A DNA stretch of 46,115 nt from a virus (taxonomy: Duplodnaviria > Caudoviricetes): the IMG/VR virus record IMGVR_UViG_3300031228_000011, positions 1 through 46,115 of that record; one strand, 5' to 3'. The notes beneath the pieces are model-generated. The model was not told the origin of the DNA and searched no databases. It worked only from the letters and a program-made list of their open reading frames with translations. The translations under genes were made by a program, and so were the position numbers. Of this stretch, positions 8,547 to 18,130 are shown piece by piece. Positions within the stretch are counted from its first letter, which is position 1. Every line of letters begins with the position of its first letter.

Positions 8547-9426
8547 ACGATGTCCCCGGCGCGTTGACCTTCATGTAGGACCGGCTGCCCGGCGCCTCCG
8601 GCCATCCCCGGAAATTCACCACATTGCTGTAACTCAGACAGGTCGGCAGGCTCGCGTCGTCCGACTTCAGCAGCTTGGAACAGCCGCGGTAGAGGTTCAG
8701 CGTGTCGCCGACTTCCGGCGCGGCAAACAGCGGCTCGTAAAGCTCGATGGCTCCCGTGGTCCCATTGTAGTCGAACACCTTGGCTTCCTCGATCCCAACC
8801 AGGTCGCCAGTCAGCCAATCAGTGGAGCCAAAGTTGAAGAAGTCGTCGGCGTGAGAACCGCCGAGGTCCACGGTGAACCGAAAGGCGTCCGTTACCGCCG
8901 TCACCTCACAAGGATAGGCAGTGCGAACGACAGTGCACTGGGCATCGCCGAACACCGCCGAGCAAAGAGGCGACAGCGCCCGCCCCTGGCTCTGGTTGAG
9001 CAGGTCCAGCGCGTTGCGGACTTCGAACACGAACCGCGAACCCTCGACGCGGGACACAGCCACCCGCCCCTGCATGATCTTGGCCGCGCCTTGTGTTAGG
9101 TCGTCATGGTTGACGATGAACAGCCGAGCCTGCGCCTTGCGGTATTTTCCGCCCTGCACAGCCGTGCGTGTAATCACATCGCCGATCGGGCCGGTCACTT
9201 CGAAGTTGCTAGCCTCGAACCCCGTTGTGAGAACAACGTCCGAAGGGTTGATGCCGGTCCACGGCTCATAAGTCGCTTCCCCGTCGCCCAGGTCGTATGC
9301 CAGCTCGTCGCTGTGGTCGGTGAACGCGAGGATTTCTCCGTTCACCAGATCCAGCCGCAGCATCGTTGCGAGAGTATGGGCATTGCTGGCAAAGTGAGCC
9401 GCAAGGTCGGCGCTGATCGCCCTCAT
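8539..9426 (-). CDS. Tail hub protein (DUF2163 / BR0599)
   Basis: AFTDH..L, C.A.FGD..C, GC.K...C...N..NFRG.P motifs. Confidence 0.88.
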   Translation of the reverse strand: MRAISADLAAHFASNAHTLATMLRLDLVNGEILAFTDHSDELAYDLGDGEATYEPWTGINPSDVVLTTGFEASNFEVTGPIGDVITRTAVQGGKYRKAQARLFIVNHDDLTQGAAKIMQGRVAVSRVEGSRFVFEVRNALDLLNQSQGRALSPLCSAVFGDAQCTVVRTAYPCEVTAVTDAFRFTVDLGGSHADDFFNFGSTDWLTGDLVGIEEAKVFDYNGTTGAIELYEPLFAAPEVGDTLNLYRGCSKLLKSDDASLPTCLSYSNVVNFRGWPEAPGSRSYMKVNAPGTSYE

Positions 9427-9791
9427 TACGCGGACTCCAGGCGGACCTCGACCAGAGACACCTCGATGGTTTCAAGGTGTTCGGCCTCTCCCGTGGTAGT
9501 AAGCGGCCCGTCGAAGCGAACTGCGATGGTGTCCCCGGTCGCCCAGTCGACAAAATCGAAGCTGTGCAGGTTCCCAAGGGCTTCCTCGAACAGGTCGGTC
9601 ACATCGATGTAGGTCTGATCCGTCCGACTGCGCACCGGGTAGCTGATGTCGTATGCCCTGAGCGGTGTAGACCAGCGGTTGTTACGGACTTCAGAGCCAC
9701 TATCCTGCCGGACGATTTCCGTGTTGTAATCGACCCGCCGCTGCGCGCCCGCTTCAACGTCGCTCGGCAAGGTCGTGGCGAGATGCGTCAT
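9426..9791 (-). CDS. Distal tail protein (DUF2460-like)
   Basis: T.IV...SG.E.RN.RW..P.R.YD and VRFD motifs; follows the tape measure gene. Confidence 0.8.
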   Translation of the reverse strand: MTHLATTLPSDVEAGAQRRVDYNTEIVRQDSGSEVRNNRWSTPLRAYDISYPVRSRTDQTYIDVTDLFEEALGNLHSFDFVDWATGDTIAVRFDGPLTTTGEAEHLETIEVSLVEVRLESA

Positions 9792-12001
9792 CCGGCCACT
9801 CCTTCACGGCGCGATTGGGCCATCTGGCGCTGCGCGGCCGATGCAATCTGCCGGCCGGTGCGGCGAGCTTCGCTATCCGACATCTTGCCCGAAGAGTTGA
9901 CCGTGACGTTGAACGTCATGGGCGAAGGATTGTCATTGTTCGGGACGATGTAGCCGGGAACGCGCGGAACGAACGTCTCCCGCCCACGCTCGCCCACCGT
10001 GTAAGCCGTGCCGGCGCTAACAGGGCCGCCAGTCGCCTGCCCACCACCATATGGGGTGCCGGCGAGCAGATTTACGGGGCCTCCAACAGAACCAGTGGCT
10101 AGACCCAGCGCATTAGCGAGCGTGCCCATAATCAACTGCTGAATGTGCAGCTTGATAAGGTCGGCCAGGATTTGCCTGAGAACGCTTTGCGCAACATCGC
10201 CTAGTGACCGGAAGTTGACGATCGCGTCGACCAGCCCATCGGTCAGCGAATCCAGTCCGCGCATTTTCACGTCATCGAACGCCGCCGCCATTTGCTCCTG
10301 CGTCTTGTTGATGTCGGCGAGAAAGTCGCGAACCCGGCCCCAACGTTCCTCCCATGCCGCGAGGTCGTCCTGCTGCGCCCAAAGCTGCTCATTGAGCGCG
10401 ACGAACTCGGCCCACTTGGCGTTGAGGTCGGTCATGCCCTTGGCCGCCCATTCGGCCATCATGCCTTCCTGCTGCAGCATCAGCGCGGCGCGTTCGCGTG
10501 CGGCCCCGGCAAGTCCGAACAGGGCAATCTCGTCGCGCAAGGGCTGCAGGATGTCGGTTTCGAACGACGTGTTCGCCCTGGCCCGATACCATGCTTCCCA
10601 AGCATCCACGTCTCGCTGGACAGCATCAGCTTCGGCGAGAAGCATCTGCCGCAGGTCTTCGGTCGGCGCGATGATCGCCAGCTTCTCAAGCTTGACGGCT
10701 TCGGTTGCGGCTTCGAGGCGGCGAAGCTGGATCTCGGTCAGCTCGGCCTGCACCATTTCCTCGAGCAGGCTGTCGCGGAACTGGCGCGATGCTTCGACGG
10801 CTTCCTTCACCGCGCGGGCGTATTCATCGATTTCCTTCTTGGCCCGCGCCGCACGATTGCCCCCGCGCCGCCCGGCCTGACCATCCCTATCCGCAATGAT
10901 CTCGGACGCCGCTGCCGACAGCCGGTCGCGCGTAGCCTGCAAGATGTTATCGCGGGCCGTCGCCATGAAGCCGTCGATGCCCGCGAGGCCCTCATTGAAC
11001 GCGGCGCCGAACACGCCCGAAAGGTCTGCGCCCATGCGCGAGGCGCTGCCGGCGAAGCTGTTTTCAATTCGCCCAAACGAAACTTCCGCCATCTGCGGCA
11101 GGCCGCCGAAGAACTCGCCGACGAACGTGTCGTTGATCCCACCGACCAACGCATTGAGGATGCCGACCGCCTTGTTCGCCATCTGCTCCAATGTGCGGAT
11201 GGCAAAGTTCGCGGCTTGAATTGTCGCGTCGGCTATCGCGCCGGGGAGTTGCTGCCAGACAATCCTCGCAGCATCCGCCGCACCCTTGAATCCTGCGTAA
11301 ATCCCCGCCGCCACGTTCTTGATGACAGTGAGAATCGCCGTGCCGGCGTCGGACGCGAAGCCCTTGAGTTTTTGCCAAAACGCCCCGATCTTCTCATCGA
11401 GAGTGGTAACATCAAGCAAGGTCTGCCATAGCCCCCGAAACACGTCCCCGGCGGTAACGGCCTGGTCCTCCAGCTTTTCCAGTTCGTCTTTCGTCAAACC
11501 AAGCCCGGCGACAAACTCATCGATCTTGCCGCTTTCGGTCATCTCGTTCGAGAGACTGCGGATGCCGATCGTCGCACCGCCGGCCGCCACGCCGATCGCT
11601 ACCATGATCGGATGCGCCTTGGCGAAGCGCAAAGTCATGCCTCCGACATTCTTCGCCAGGCCCCCGACGCCGACCCCCGCCTGCGTCATTATCTGCCCGA
11701 TTTGAGAACCCTGCTGCAGAAACACGGTCATCGGTTTTTGGCCGCCTTGCAGCCCGATAAAGATGTCCTGCAACTGGAACGACAGGTTCGCCATGTGGTG
11801 CGAGGCAAGCCGTGAGTTCTGGCCAGCCTTCAGTGCCCCGCGTCCCATCCCGGCAAGATTGTCGTTGGCGTGTCGGGCACTCTGCGCGATGTCCTTCGAC
11901 GCCGCATTGACCGCCCGCTTGGCCTTGTCCAAGTCCTGTTGCAGCCGAGCAATCTCAGCGACGATTTCGATGTTCAGCCGACCAGCTTGGACACCTGCCA
12001 T
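9788..12001 (-). CDS. Tail tape measure protein
   Basis: NLSFQLQDI...GQ.PMTVFLQQGSQI, long helical body, A.GG.V..G..Y.VGE.G.E.FVP C-terminus. Confidence 0.93.
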   Translation of the reverse strand: MAGVQAGRLNIEIVAEIARLQQDLDKAKRAVNAASKDIAQSARHANDNLAGMGRGALKAGQNSRLASHHMANLSFQLQDIFIGLQGGQKPMTVFLQQGSQIGQIMTQAGVGVGGLAKNVGGMTLRFAKAHPIMVAIGVAAGGATIGIRSLSNEMTESGKIDEFVAGLGLTKDELEKLEDQAVTAGDVFRGLWQTLLDVTTLDEKIGAFWQKLKGFASDAGTAILTVIKNVAAGIYAGFKGAADAARIVWQQLPGAIADATIQAANFAIRTLEQMANKAVGILNALVGGINDTFVGEFFGGLPQMAEVSFGRIENSFAGSASRMGADLSGVFGAAFNEGLAGIDGFMATARDNILQATRDRLSAAASEIIADRDGQAGRRGGNRAARAKKEIDEYARAVKEAVEASRQFRDSLLEEMVQAELTEIQLRRLEAATEAVKLEKLAIIAPTEDLRQMLLAEADAVQRDVDAWEAWYRARANTSFETDILQPLRDEIALFGLAGAARERAALMLQQEGMMAEWAAKGMTDLNAKWAEFVALNEQLWAQQDDLAAWEERWGRVRDFLADINKTQEQMAAAFDDVKMRGLDSLTDGLVDAIVNFRSLGDVAQSVLRQILADLIKLHIQQLIMGTLANALGLATGSVGGPVNLLAGTPYGGGQATGGPVSAGTAYTVGERGRETFVPRVPGYIVPNNDNPSPMTFNVTVNSSGKMSDSEARRTGRQIASAAQRQMAQSRREGVAG

Positions 12002-12034
12002 TCGCGCCTCCTCAGGGCGCGAGCGGCGCCCCGT

Positions 12035-12433
12035 CTAGAACTTGGTTTCCACGTCAGGGAAGCCGGTAAAGCCGGCGCGACCGCATTCCCCGCGCCAACT
12101 TGCCGAAACTGTTGCCGAACCAATGCCGTCGCTACGCCCAGCCATGTGTTCGCCGGTCACACGATCGAGGCGGATGTAATTCCTCGATAGTCCGCCCGTG
12201 TTAGCTTCAAGCGTGATGAACGCCGGTTGCGTCTCGTAGATGTCCCGAACGGCAAGGCACTCGCCCTCGCACCATTTCTGTTTCGCAAGGTTGATGCGGT
12301 AGGTCGTCCGATAGTCCGCTTCGTTGACGGTCAGCCGCGTTCGATGGGTCACAGTGCCGATGCATTCGAGGTTGAACACCTCGGCCTGAGCGAACAGAAG
12401 CGGGCTGGCGCAAAGGAGGAAAGCGGCTCTCAC
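12035..12433 (-). CDS. Secreted/periplasmic hypothetical protein (moron-like)
   Basis: Signal peptide ending AQA, four further Cys in the mature part; lies between chaperone and tape measure genes. Confidence 0.6.
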   Translation of the reverse strand: MRAAFLLCASPLLFAQAEVFNLECIGTVTHRTRLTVNEADYRTTYRINLAKQKWCEGECLAVRDIYETQPAFITLEANTGGLSRNYIRLDRVTGEHMAGRSDGIGSATVSASWRGECGRAGFTGFPDVETKF

Positions 12434-12466
12434 CCGTTTGATGATAACCCGCCGGCCAGCCCATGC

Positions 12467-12929
12467 CTAGCCTCGCTTTCCCTTGAGCTTACCGAACATC
12501 GCATCGACCTGCTTCGCCACTTGCTGTCGGTTGACGACCACATCATCCACTTCGCCGCTGTAGGGAGCTGGGAACGCCTGATCCTCGGCCTTGTGGCGGG
12601 TCACCGCGTATTCGATGGACAACCGCCGCAGGAGACTGGCTTCCCACGGCATCAGTTCGACGCCGCTGATCGACTGCCACGCGGCAAAATCCCGGTAGCC
12701 GAGCGGGCCTTCGCCCATCGAGCCCGCGCTGGTTGGACCTATCTCGAATAGCCAATCGGTCAGGTAGGGCGCGGAGTTGCGGGGCAGGAGCGGGGTCACA
12801 TCCTTGTCCCGCATTTTCTCCAGTCGGGACTTCTCCCCCGACTTGCCGTCACGGTCCTTCGGCGCGCCGTGGAGCCATGCCGTTTGCTTTACCCAAAGGA
12901 TCAGCTCGTCGCCGATCCCCGAGTAAAAA
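12467..12929 (-). CDS. Tail assembly chaperone, GT extension (probably reached by -1 frameshift)
   Basis: -1 frame overlap with the upstream chaperone across GTTTTTA; YL.DWLFEIGP...I.AW....G..L.PWE motif. Confidence 0.72.
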
Positions 12930-13317
12930 CGCTCCAATCCACGGCCTCCTTGTGGACGTGATCGCGGATGTAACCGATCGTGTCGTCAGCATAGGCGGCC
13001 CGGAACATATCACGCGGCGAAGCGAACTCGCCGGGATAGGACCACCCGTTGAAACTCGCCGTGACGGCGGTCAGGAAGTCGATCTCGTCCTCGCGAGCAT
13101 TTTCGAGCGCGGCCGAAATCTTTCCGCGGTTCTTCTCGATCCGCACGGTGCGGCGGCGGTTGCGTTCGGCGTCGGCCTGCTGCCACAGCTTCGAGCCGGG
13201 GCCGTGGACCGTGACCGAAAGCACGTTTCCTTCGTCGTCATACAAGGGCGAGCCGTCACCCTTGACGAGATCGATTTGCGCCGTCTCTAACGCGCGGACT
13301 TTGGTAATATCGAACAT
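12901..13317 (-). CDS. Tail assembly chaperone (gpG-like)
   Basis: Directly after the tail tube gene; V.GPGSK motif. Confidence 0.75.
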   Translation of the reverse strand: MFDITKVRALETAQIDLVKGDGSPLYDDEGNVLSVTVHGPGSKLWQQADAERNRRRTVRIEKNRGKISAALENAREDEIDFLTAVTASFNGWSYPGEFASPRDMFRAAYADDTIGYIRDHVHKEAVDWSVFTRGSATS

Positions 13318-13395
13318 GAATACCTCTCACGGAAGGTTGCCCGCCCGGCCTCCGTGACGGCCGGGCGGACGCGGTTAACCGGGTCACGGGCCGGC

Positions 13396-13857
13396 TTAGG
13401 AATCAGCCTCAACAAAGTCGTTGCCGCTGTCGTCGGCGGTGATTTCGACGGTCATGGTGCGAACGGTGATCGCATCGACGCCGCCGTAACCCTCGGGGAA
13501 GCTCATCACGAGCGCCCGGAAATACCGCACGGTAAGGTCCTGGCGGACCAGCTTGAACGAATAGTCGCTGTCCGAAGTCAGGGCCGCTTCGACCAGCACC
13601 TGGCCCGCGTCGTCCTTGTCGAGCGCAAGCGGGATGGTAACCGAGCCGCTGTTGTAGCTACCCTTCTTCTTGACCGTCGCGCGGGTCGCCAGCGGGTTAT
13701 GCGTGACGAGGTTGTAAACGCGTCCGATGTCTCCATCGAGCGAGGTGATTTCGCCGATAGTCGTGAAGGCCAGGGCTTCGAAGCCGGCTTCGTCAAAAGT
13801 GGCGGGGGTTCCTGCGGAGATCGCCAGTGTCGTCCCCGCCGAGGTCATCGCGGTCAT
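13396..13857 (-). CDS. Major tail tube protein
   Basis: TSAGT.L.IS...PATFD..GF, VTH.PL..R...K.KGS.N.G, D..DAGQ motifs. Confidence 0.85.
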   Translation of the reverse strand: MTAMTSAGTTLAISAGTPATFDEAGFEALAFTTIGEITSLDGDIGRVYNLVTHNPLATRATVKKKGSYNSGSVTIPLALDKDDAGQVLVEAALTSDSDYSFKLVRQDLTVRYFRALVMSFPEGYGGVDAITVRTMTVEITADDSGNDFVEADS

Positions 13858-13924
13858 TGCAGTTTCCTTGTGGTGGATGCCCGCTCACGGCCGGGCGGGG
13901 TTATTGCCAATCGGCAATCTTGTT

Positions 13925-14335
13925 TCAGCGAACTTCGCTGTAAGTTACTCTGAAATCCTGCGTCCCGAGGTGGATGGACGCTTCCTCGTTCGTGAAATCC
14001 GGCCCGCCTCCATCCGTGTGGATGGTGACGTTGACGAGCCCAGAAACCGCAAACCCAACCTGATCCGCCGCAGCGCCTCTCACAGCCTTTTCGATGGCTT
14101 TCTGGCTCGGATAATTGGCGGCGTGGATCATTACCTGCACCCGCTCGGTCACATGGCGGTAGGCGCCTGGGTTAGGAATGTTGCGGTCTACCTTGGAAAT
14201 GCTGGTCAGCGACAATGCGGGAAGCGTTATTCCTTGCGGCAAATCACCAGCCCCAATGCGTGCCGCCGGAACCAAACCCGTTAATGTGGCGTCGGCTATC
14301 AGAGCAGTCCTGACGGCATCGATGCCCGTGCTCAT
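13925..14335 (-). CDS. Tail terminator (DUF3168-like)
   Basis: Between the gp10-like gene and the tail tube gene; L.AD..L..LV..RI...LPQ...LPA motif. Confidence 0.75.
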   Translation of the reverse strand: MSTGIDAVRTALIADATLTGLVPAARIGAGDLPQGITLPALSLTSISKVDRNIPNPGAYRHVTERVQVMIHAANYPSQKAIEKAVRGAAADQVGFAVSGLVNVTIHTDGGGPDFTNEEASIHLGTQDFRVTYSEVR

Positions 14336-14889
14336 GCGGCTTCATCCAGCGGAGCGGAGAACCCAGTCTTGCCTTCGATGTAGTCCCTGATCCTATTGGC
14401 GAACGCCTGCACCGCATCGTCCGCCTTTATGTCCAGTGCGGGGCGCAGGAACGGACGGGCGGCGTGGCCGGGGTGCGAAATGATTCCAGACACGAAATCA
14501 TCGCCGATCTTCATCACCTTGCCGTCGATCTTGCCTTCACCCGCAGCGGCTTTGCGGACGGCTACGCGCCCTTCACCTTTCCCGGTTCTGGCAATGAGGT
14601 GCGGCTTTACCCCGTATTCGTAGAACAGCCCAAGGAACGAATGGCCGCCGCCTCGCGGGCCAACCGTAATCGAAAGCGTGCCATCGGCGTTCTGCCGTGC
14701 CGAGCCCGAGCGAATCGACTTCGCCAGTTTCCCCGATTGCCGCGGAACCCGCAACCTCGCCTCGTCGCGAATGACTGCCGCAGCCGCCGTCAATCCTGCC
14801 CGGTAAGCGCCCTTCTGAAGGTTCATCGGCAGATGCGAGAGGTAGGCATCCAGTTCCTTGAGGCCGGTTACGGGGAACTCACGGCTCAT
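14332..14889 (-). CDS. HK97 gp10-like neck/tail completion protein
   Basis: V.GL.EL...L, P..SG.L..SI, F.EYG, A.PFLRPA motifs. Confidence 0.85.
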   Translation of the reverse strand: MSREFPVTGLKELDAYLSHLPMNLQKGAYRAGLTAAAAVIRDEARLRVPRQSGKLAKSIRSGSARQNADGTLSITVGPRGGGHSFLGLFYEYGVKPHLIARTGKGEGRVAVRKAAAGEGKIDGKVMKIGDDFVSGIISHPGHAARPFLRPALDIKADDAVQAFANRIRDYIEGKTGFSAPLDEAA

Positions 14890-15131
14890 TGCGCATCCCC
14901 ACCAGCCATCGCCACGCGTCCCGAGCGTAGTAAACCACCCCACCCGCCACGGCAGCGCGCCCGATCGGAAGCGACAGAGCGTTTGTCCATTCTTGGAACG
15001 CGAAGGATCAACGAGACTGTTAGCCACACGAACGGCGCCAGAAGCAGCGCCAGCAAGACCGAGGCCACCGCAAGGATAGCGAGCCATTCCCATGCATGGA
15101 AAGCCTTCAGACGAGCCGGGAGATTGCTCAC
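14886..15131 (-). CDS. Small membrane protein
   Basis: Long hydrophobic segment; overlaps both neighbours by 4 nt. Confidence 0.5.
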   Translation of the reverse strand: MSNLPARLKAFHAWEWLAILAVASVLLALLLAPFVWLTVSLILRVPRMDKRSVASDRARCRGGWGGLLRSGRVAMAGGDAQ

Positions 15132-15538
15132 GGCGCCACCCCGGATTCGATGATCTGCACGTCGAGCACGGTGGTCGAAGTCGCGATGCCGATTATCGTG
15201 CGATAGTCGCCGCTGCCGAGATCAGCGATAGGGCAAATCCCCCCGGCGTTCTGCGACAGGTAATAGGTCGCGCCGGCCGTCATGGTGGCCCCAATCGTTA
15301 TGAGGCCCTTCGTGTGGACCTTCAACGGCTGCCCGTCCGATGCGCCATGCAGGGCAATCCCGACAGGTGACCGAACCGCCTCCGTGGCGCTGTCGCAGTC
15401 AGCTAACTTGTATTCGTTATCAGCGCTGTCGAGATAGACCGTCTGCCCCGCGGTAATCGTCGCGCCGGCCGTGCCGCTCACGCTCTTGGCGCCCGTCCCT
15501 GCGATGACGCTGGCAGCGGTGATAGTCAGATCGGCCAT
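15128..15538 (-). CDS. Capsid decoration/cement-like protein
   Basis: Ala/Gly/Thr-rich beta protein with AG.TITAGQ.VY and GIAL motifs. Confidence 0.6.
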   Translation of the reverse strand: MADLTITAASVIAGTGAKSVSGTAGATITAGQTVYLDSADNEYKLADCDSATEAVRSPVGIALHGASDGQPLKVHTKGLITIGATMTAGATYYLSQNAGGICPIADLGSGDYRTIIGIATSTTVLDVQIIESGVAP

Positions 15539-15547
15539 CTCAATTCC

Positions 15548-16339
15548 TCATGCGACAATCGGCTTGAACCGTTTGGACAGGTCCAGCTTCAGCATTTCCC
15601 CGAACTTCGGCTCGTCATCGGTCAGATAACATCCGGCCAGCGGCCAGAACGTCAATTCCCCGAACCACGCCTGCTTACGGCTCCAGTAGAGATCGACCCG
15701 GACATATCGCCACGGTTTCGCCAGCCTGCGAGCCAACTTCGTCAGGTGCGCCCATGCTTCGTCGCCCGGATAGGCACCGTTCGGAACGTGGCGCATGTTC
15801 TGGTCCATGTGCATCGGCAGGACTTGGCCGTCAGGCGAAAGGATCGTCTCCCTCGCACCGCCCTCGTGGCCCCGTTCACCGATGACCTGGCACCAGCGGA
15901 TTTTGCCGTGCGAGCAGTGGAACTTGTAATCGGTGATATTAGGCTCGAGCAGCATTTCGGTGGTGATCCGCGGCTTCACGAACTGGTAAGCCCATTCGCC
16001 TTTCTCGACACCGTAAGGCCGGGTCAGGCTTTCCTTCAACAAAATCGCCGCGTCGTGCAGTTCCGATGTTTTCTCGACCTTCTGCACCGAGCCGCAATCG
16101 TGCGTGCATTTCATCACGCAGGGAAACTTGCTCGGGACTATCCCCAGCTTAGCCGGAACCCGGTTGGCTTGCGGGACCATCTTCCTCACGGCCCACTTGT
16201 CGCAGGCGGCAATGTGTTCCTTGCGCTGGTCGTGGATCTTGAGCCACTGGATGAGGTCATTGAATCCGGCCGGATTAGCGAGGTTCGGCTCCCTGCCTAT
16301 GCGTTCGCGGCAAAGCTCGTTCACGGTGTCGAGCAGCAT
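15548..16339 (-). CDS. ATP-grasp amidoligase, TupA family
   Basis: NP..FND.IQWLK, DK.AVR, VMK.TH.CG, KPRI..E.LL, DYKF.C..G, YVRVDLY, FGELTF.P..G. Confidence 0.88.
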   Translation of the reverse strand: MLLDTVNELCRERIGREPNLANPAGFNDLIQWLKIHDQRKEHIAACDKWAVRKMVPQANRVPAKLGIVPSKFPCVMKCTHDCGSVQKVEKTSELHDAAILLKESLTRPYGVEKGEWAYQFVKPRITTEMLLEPNITDYKFHCSHGKIRWCQVIGERGHEGGARETILSPDGQVLPMHMDQNMRHVPNGAYPGDEAWAHLTKLARRLAKPWRYVRVDLYWSRKQAWFGELTFWPLAGCYLTDDEPKFGEMLKLDLSKRFKPIVA

Positions 16340-16548
16340 TACTTCTTCGTCCGGGCCATCCTCCGCTTGACCGGCGGAAGGCCCGACTTCGCGCGCGTGA
16401 TGTTCACGGCGCGGTTTCCCCGGACTTCCTCGGCCAAGCCGGAACGGACCAGTCGCGCAGCGGTGTTTTCAGGCAGGTCGGCAGTGGTGTCGCCAGCAGC
16501 GCAGCGGACTGCGCCGTTGTCGTAAGGCACCTTAAGGCGAATGAGCAT
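16339..16548 (-). CDS. Small basic hypothetical protein
   Basis: Coupled on both sides; A.RLV..GLAE motif common in small head-associated proteins. Confidence 0.55.
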   Translation of the reverse strand: MLIRLKVPYDNGAVRCAAGDTTADLPENTAARLVRSGLAEEVRGNRAVNITRAKSGLPPVKRRMARTKK

Positions 16549-16907
16549 CAGGGCTTCTCCCCTTGCGTCGAAAATTCCTCGCAGATCATTTCAAGCCCGT
16601 CCCTTCGTCCAAGTTCGACGGGACCGGAGACAATCTGCAAGGCGCGGTCATCGAACGTGATGCGCATTTGCGCAGTGATGTCATCGCGGTAGAGCGTGCG
16701 GACCCGGCAGGGGCGGCGGCTCATGTCGATATTGTCGGCAACATCCTCAGCCCGGCTTGGCAGGATGTCCTGCACTTCGGCCCATTCTGTCGGCTCGCCC
16801 GCGACATCTTCCCATTCGTAGGTCCAGGCGCCCGTGCCTGAATCTTGCGTCCCGGTTCGCTCCTGAAAGGTTATCAGCGTGTCTCGCCGAACGGTTGCGG
16901 GGCGCAT
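16548..16907 (-). CDS. Head closure protein (SPP1 gp16-like)
   Basis: ITFQ......D..G.....W......WAEV and R.R.DIT..MRI motifs. Confidence 0.85.
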   Translation of the reverse strand: MRPATVRRDTLITFQERTGTQDSGTGAWTYEWEDVAGEPTEWAEVQDILPSRAEDVADNIDMSRRPCRVRTLYRDDITAQMRITFDDRALQIVSGPVELGRRDGLEMICEEFSTQGEKP

Positions 16908-16910
16908 GGC

Positions 16911-17414
16911 TTACCTCAGGGTCGGTAGGCGGTAGGGCTCGCACAGGCTTTCAATGGCCTTCCATCCCTCATTGCTGACAAAGCCGTTGTCGAACAACTG
17001 GCGGACATACAACAGCACCGCCATGTCGAGGGCATCAGGAGTGGTTGAATAACCTGCCGTGTAGTCAACCGAGATGACGCTGTTCTCCTCGATGTCAGGC
17101 CATTCGCTGTCGAGCGAAGGATAGAGCTTGTCGCCGACTAGCCGCGCGGTCGTGATTGTCTGTTCGTCGCCGTTCTCGTCGGTGTAGGTCACTTCCGCAC
17201 TGGCGATAGAAGGCCCCCATGTAAGCGTGAAAGCGTAGGGAGCGCCCGGGAACGCAGCGAAGGTCTGCGTCACTCCCGAAGCAGCGGTCAGCTTCTTGCG
17301 TGTGTAGTTCTCAACCCACGCAATCGCTGCAGCCAGCAATTGTGTAACACGGGCGTCGTGGGCGCTGCTGGTGACGCGACACTCAATTTTCGCGTCAGCG
17401 AGGGTGACGGTCAT
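16911..17414 (-). CDS. Head-tail connector (HK97 gp6-like)
   Basis: VTL..AK...RV....D.....L..AA...VE.YT, V.Y.AGY...P..L..AVLL, L..PYR. Confidence 0.87.
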   Translation of the reverse strand: MTVTLADAKIECRVTSSAHDARVTQLLAAAIAWVENYTRKKLTAASGVTQTFAAFPGAPYAFTLTWGPSIASAEVTYTDENGDEQTITTARLVGDKLYPSLDSEWPDIEENSVISVDYTAGYSTTPDALDMAVLLYVRQLFDNGFVSNEGWKAIESLCEPYRLPTLR

Positions 17415-18130
17415 TTGGCGTCCTTGCCGTCGCGGCCACGCTTGGCGAGGATGCGCCAGCCGCCACTCGACATATCAGGCTTCGTTGCCTTGACCGGCTC
17501 GACCGCCTCCCAAGCGGTCCCGCCCCAAGTCACCACGTCGCCGCGCTCGTAATCCTGATTCGCGGTCCATACACCGCGCCCGATCAGAACGGGCAACGTC
17601 ACATTGACCTCGGCCTCTTGTTCGCCACGCTTGAACATGAAGGCGATCGTGCGCTCATTCACTTGCTCGACGGTCATGTGTTCAAAGCCGAGCCCGTCCG
17701 CCCCGTCCTTGCCGGGCTCGCCGTCCCTGCCGTTCACCGGGCCAAGGTTCTTCGTCCGGCCATCGGTCATCACCAGAACAAGGTTGCCGTCTTCGTCCTT
17801 CAGAGCGTCCGCCAGTCCAACGCCATCCTTGCCATCAGCCCCAGGAAGCCCGTCAGAGCCGCTCTCGCCCGAAAGGCCGTCATTCCCCGGCGCGCCCTTC
17901 TCCCCACGCTCAGGGGGCGGCAAATCGGCCACAGCGGCACTGACAAGCGCCTTGACTGCTTCCATGTCAACTTGGCCGGGTTCACCCTGCAGTCCACGCT
18001 CGCCGGGCTCGCCCTTTTCGGGCAGGACCAGCTGGCGCTTTTCCAAGGCGTCGATTCGGGCCAGCAACGGCCCGTTCGCTTCGCGCACCGCGCCCGCGAC
18101 GACATCGGCAATCGCGTCCAGATCAAGCAT
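17411..18130 (-). CDS. Collagen-like (Gly-X-Y) portal-adjacent protein
   Basis: Three Gly-X-Y tracts; C-terminal RGVW....Y..GD.VT.GG..W and KRGRDGKD. Confidence 0.8.
   Translation of the reverse strand: MLDLDAIADVVAGAVREANGPLLARIDALEKRQLVLPEKGEPGERGLQGEPGQVDMEAVKALVSAAVADLPPPERGEKGAPGNDGLSGESGSDGLPGADGKDGVGLADALKDEDGNLVLVMTDGRTKNLGPVNGRDGEPGKDGADGLGFEHMTVEQVNERTIAFMFKRGEQEAEVNVTLPVLIGRGVWTANQDYERGDVVTWGGTAWEAVEPVKATKPDMSSGGWRILAKRGRDGKDAK

Noticed and set aside
12901-13317. YADD tetrapeptide suggesting a reverse transcriptase (retron/DGR) to pair with the 29.6-29.8 kb inverted repeat
   Set aside because: The ORF is only 138 aa, lacks other RT motifs and sits at the tail chaperone position; no RT gene or TR/VR repeat pair was seen in the window.
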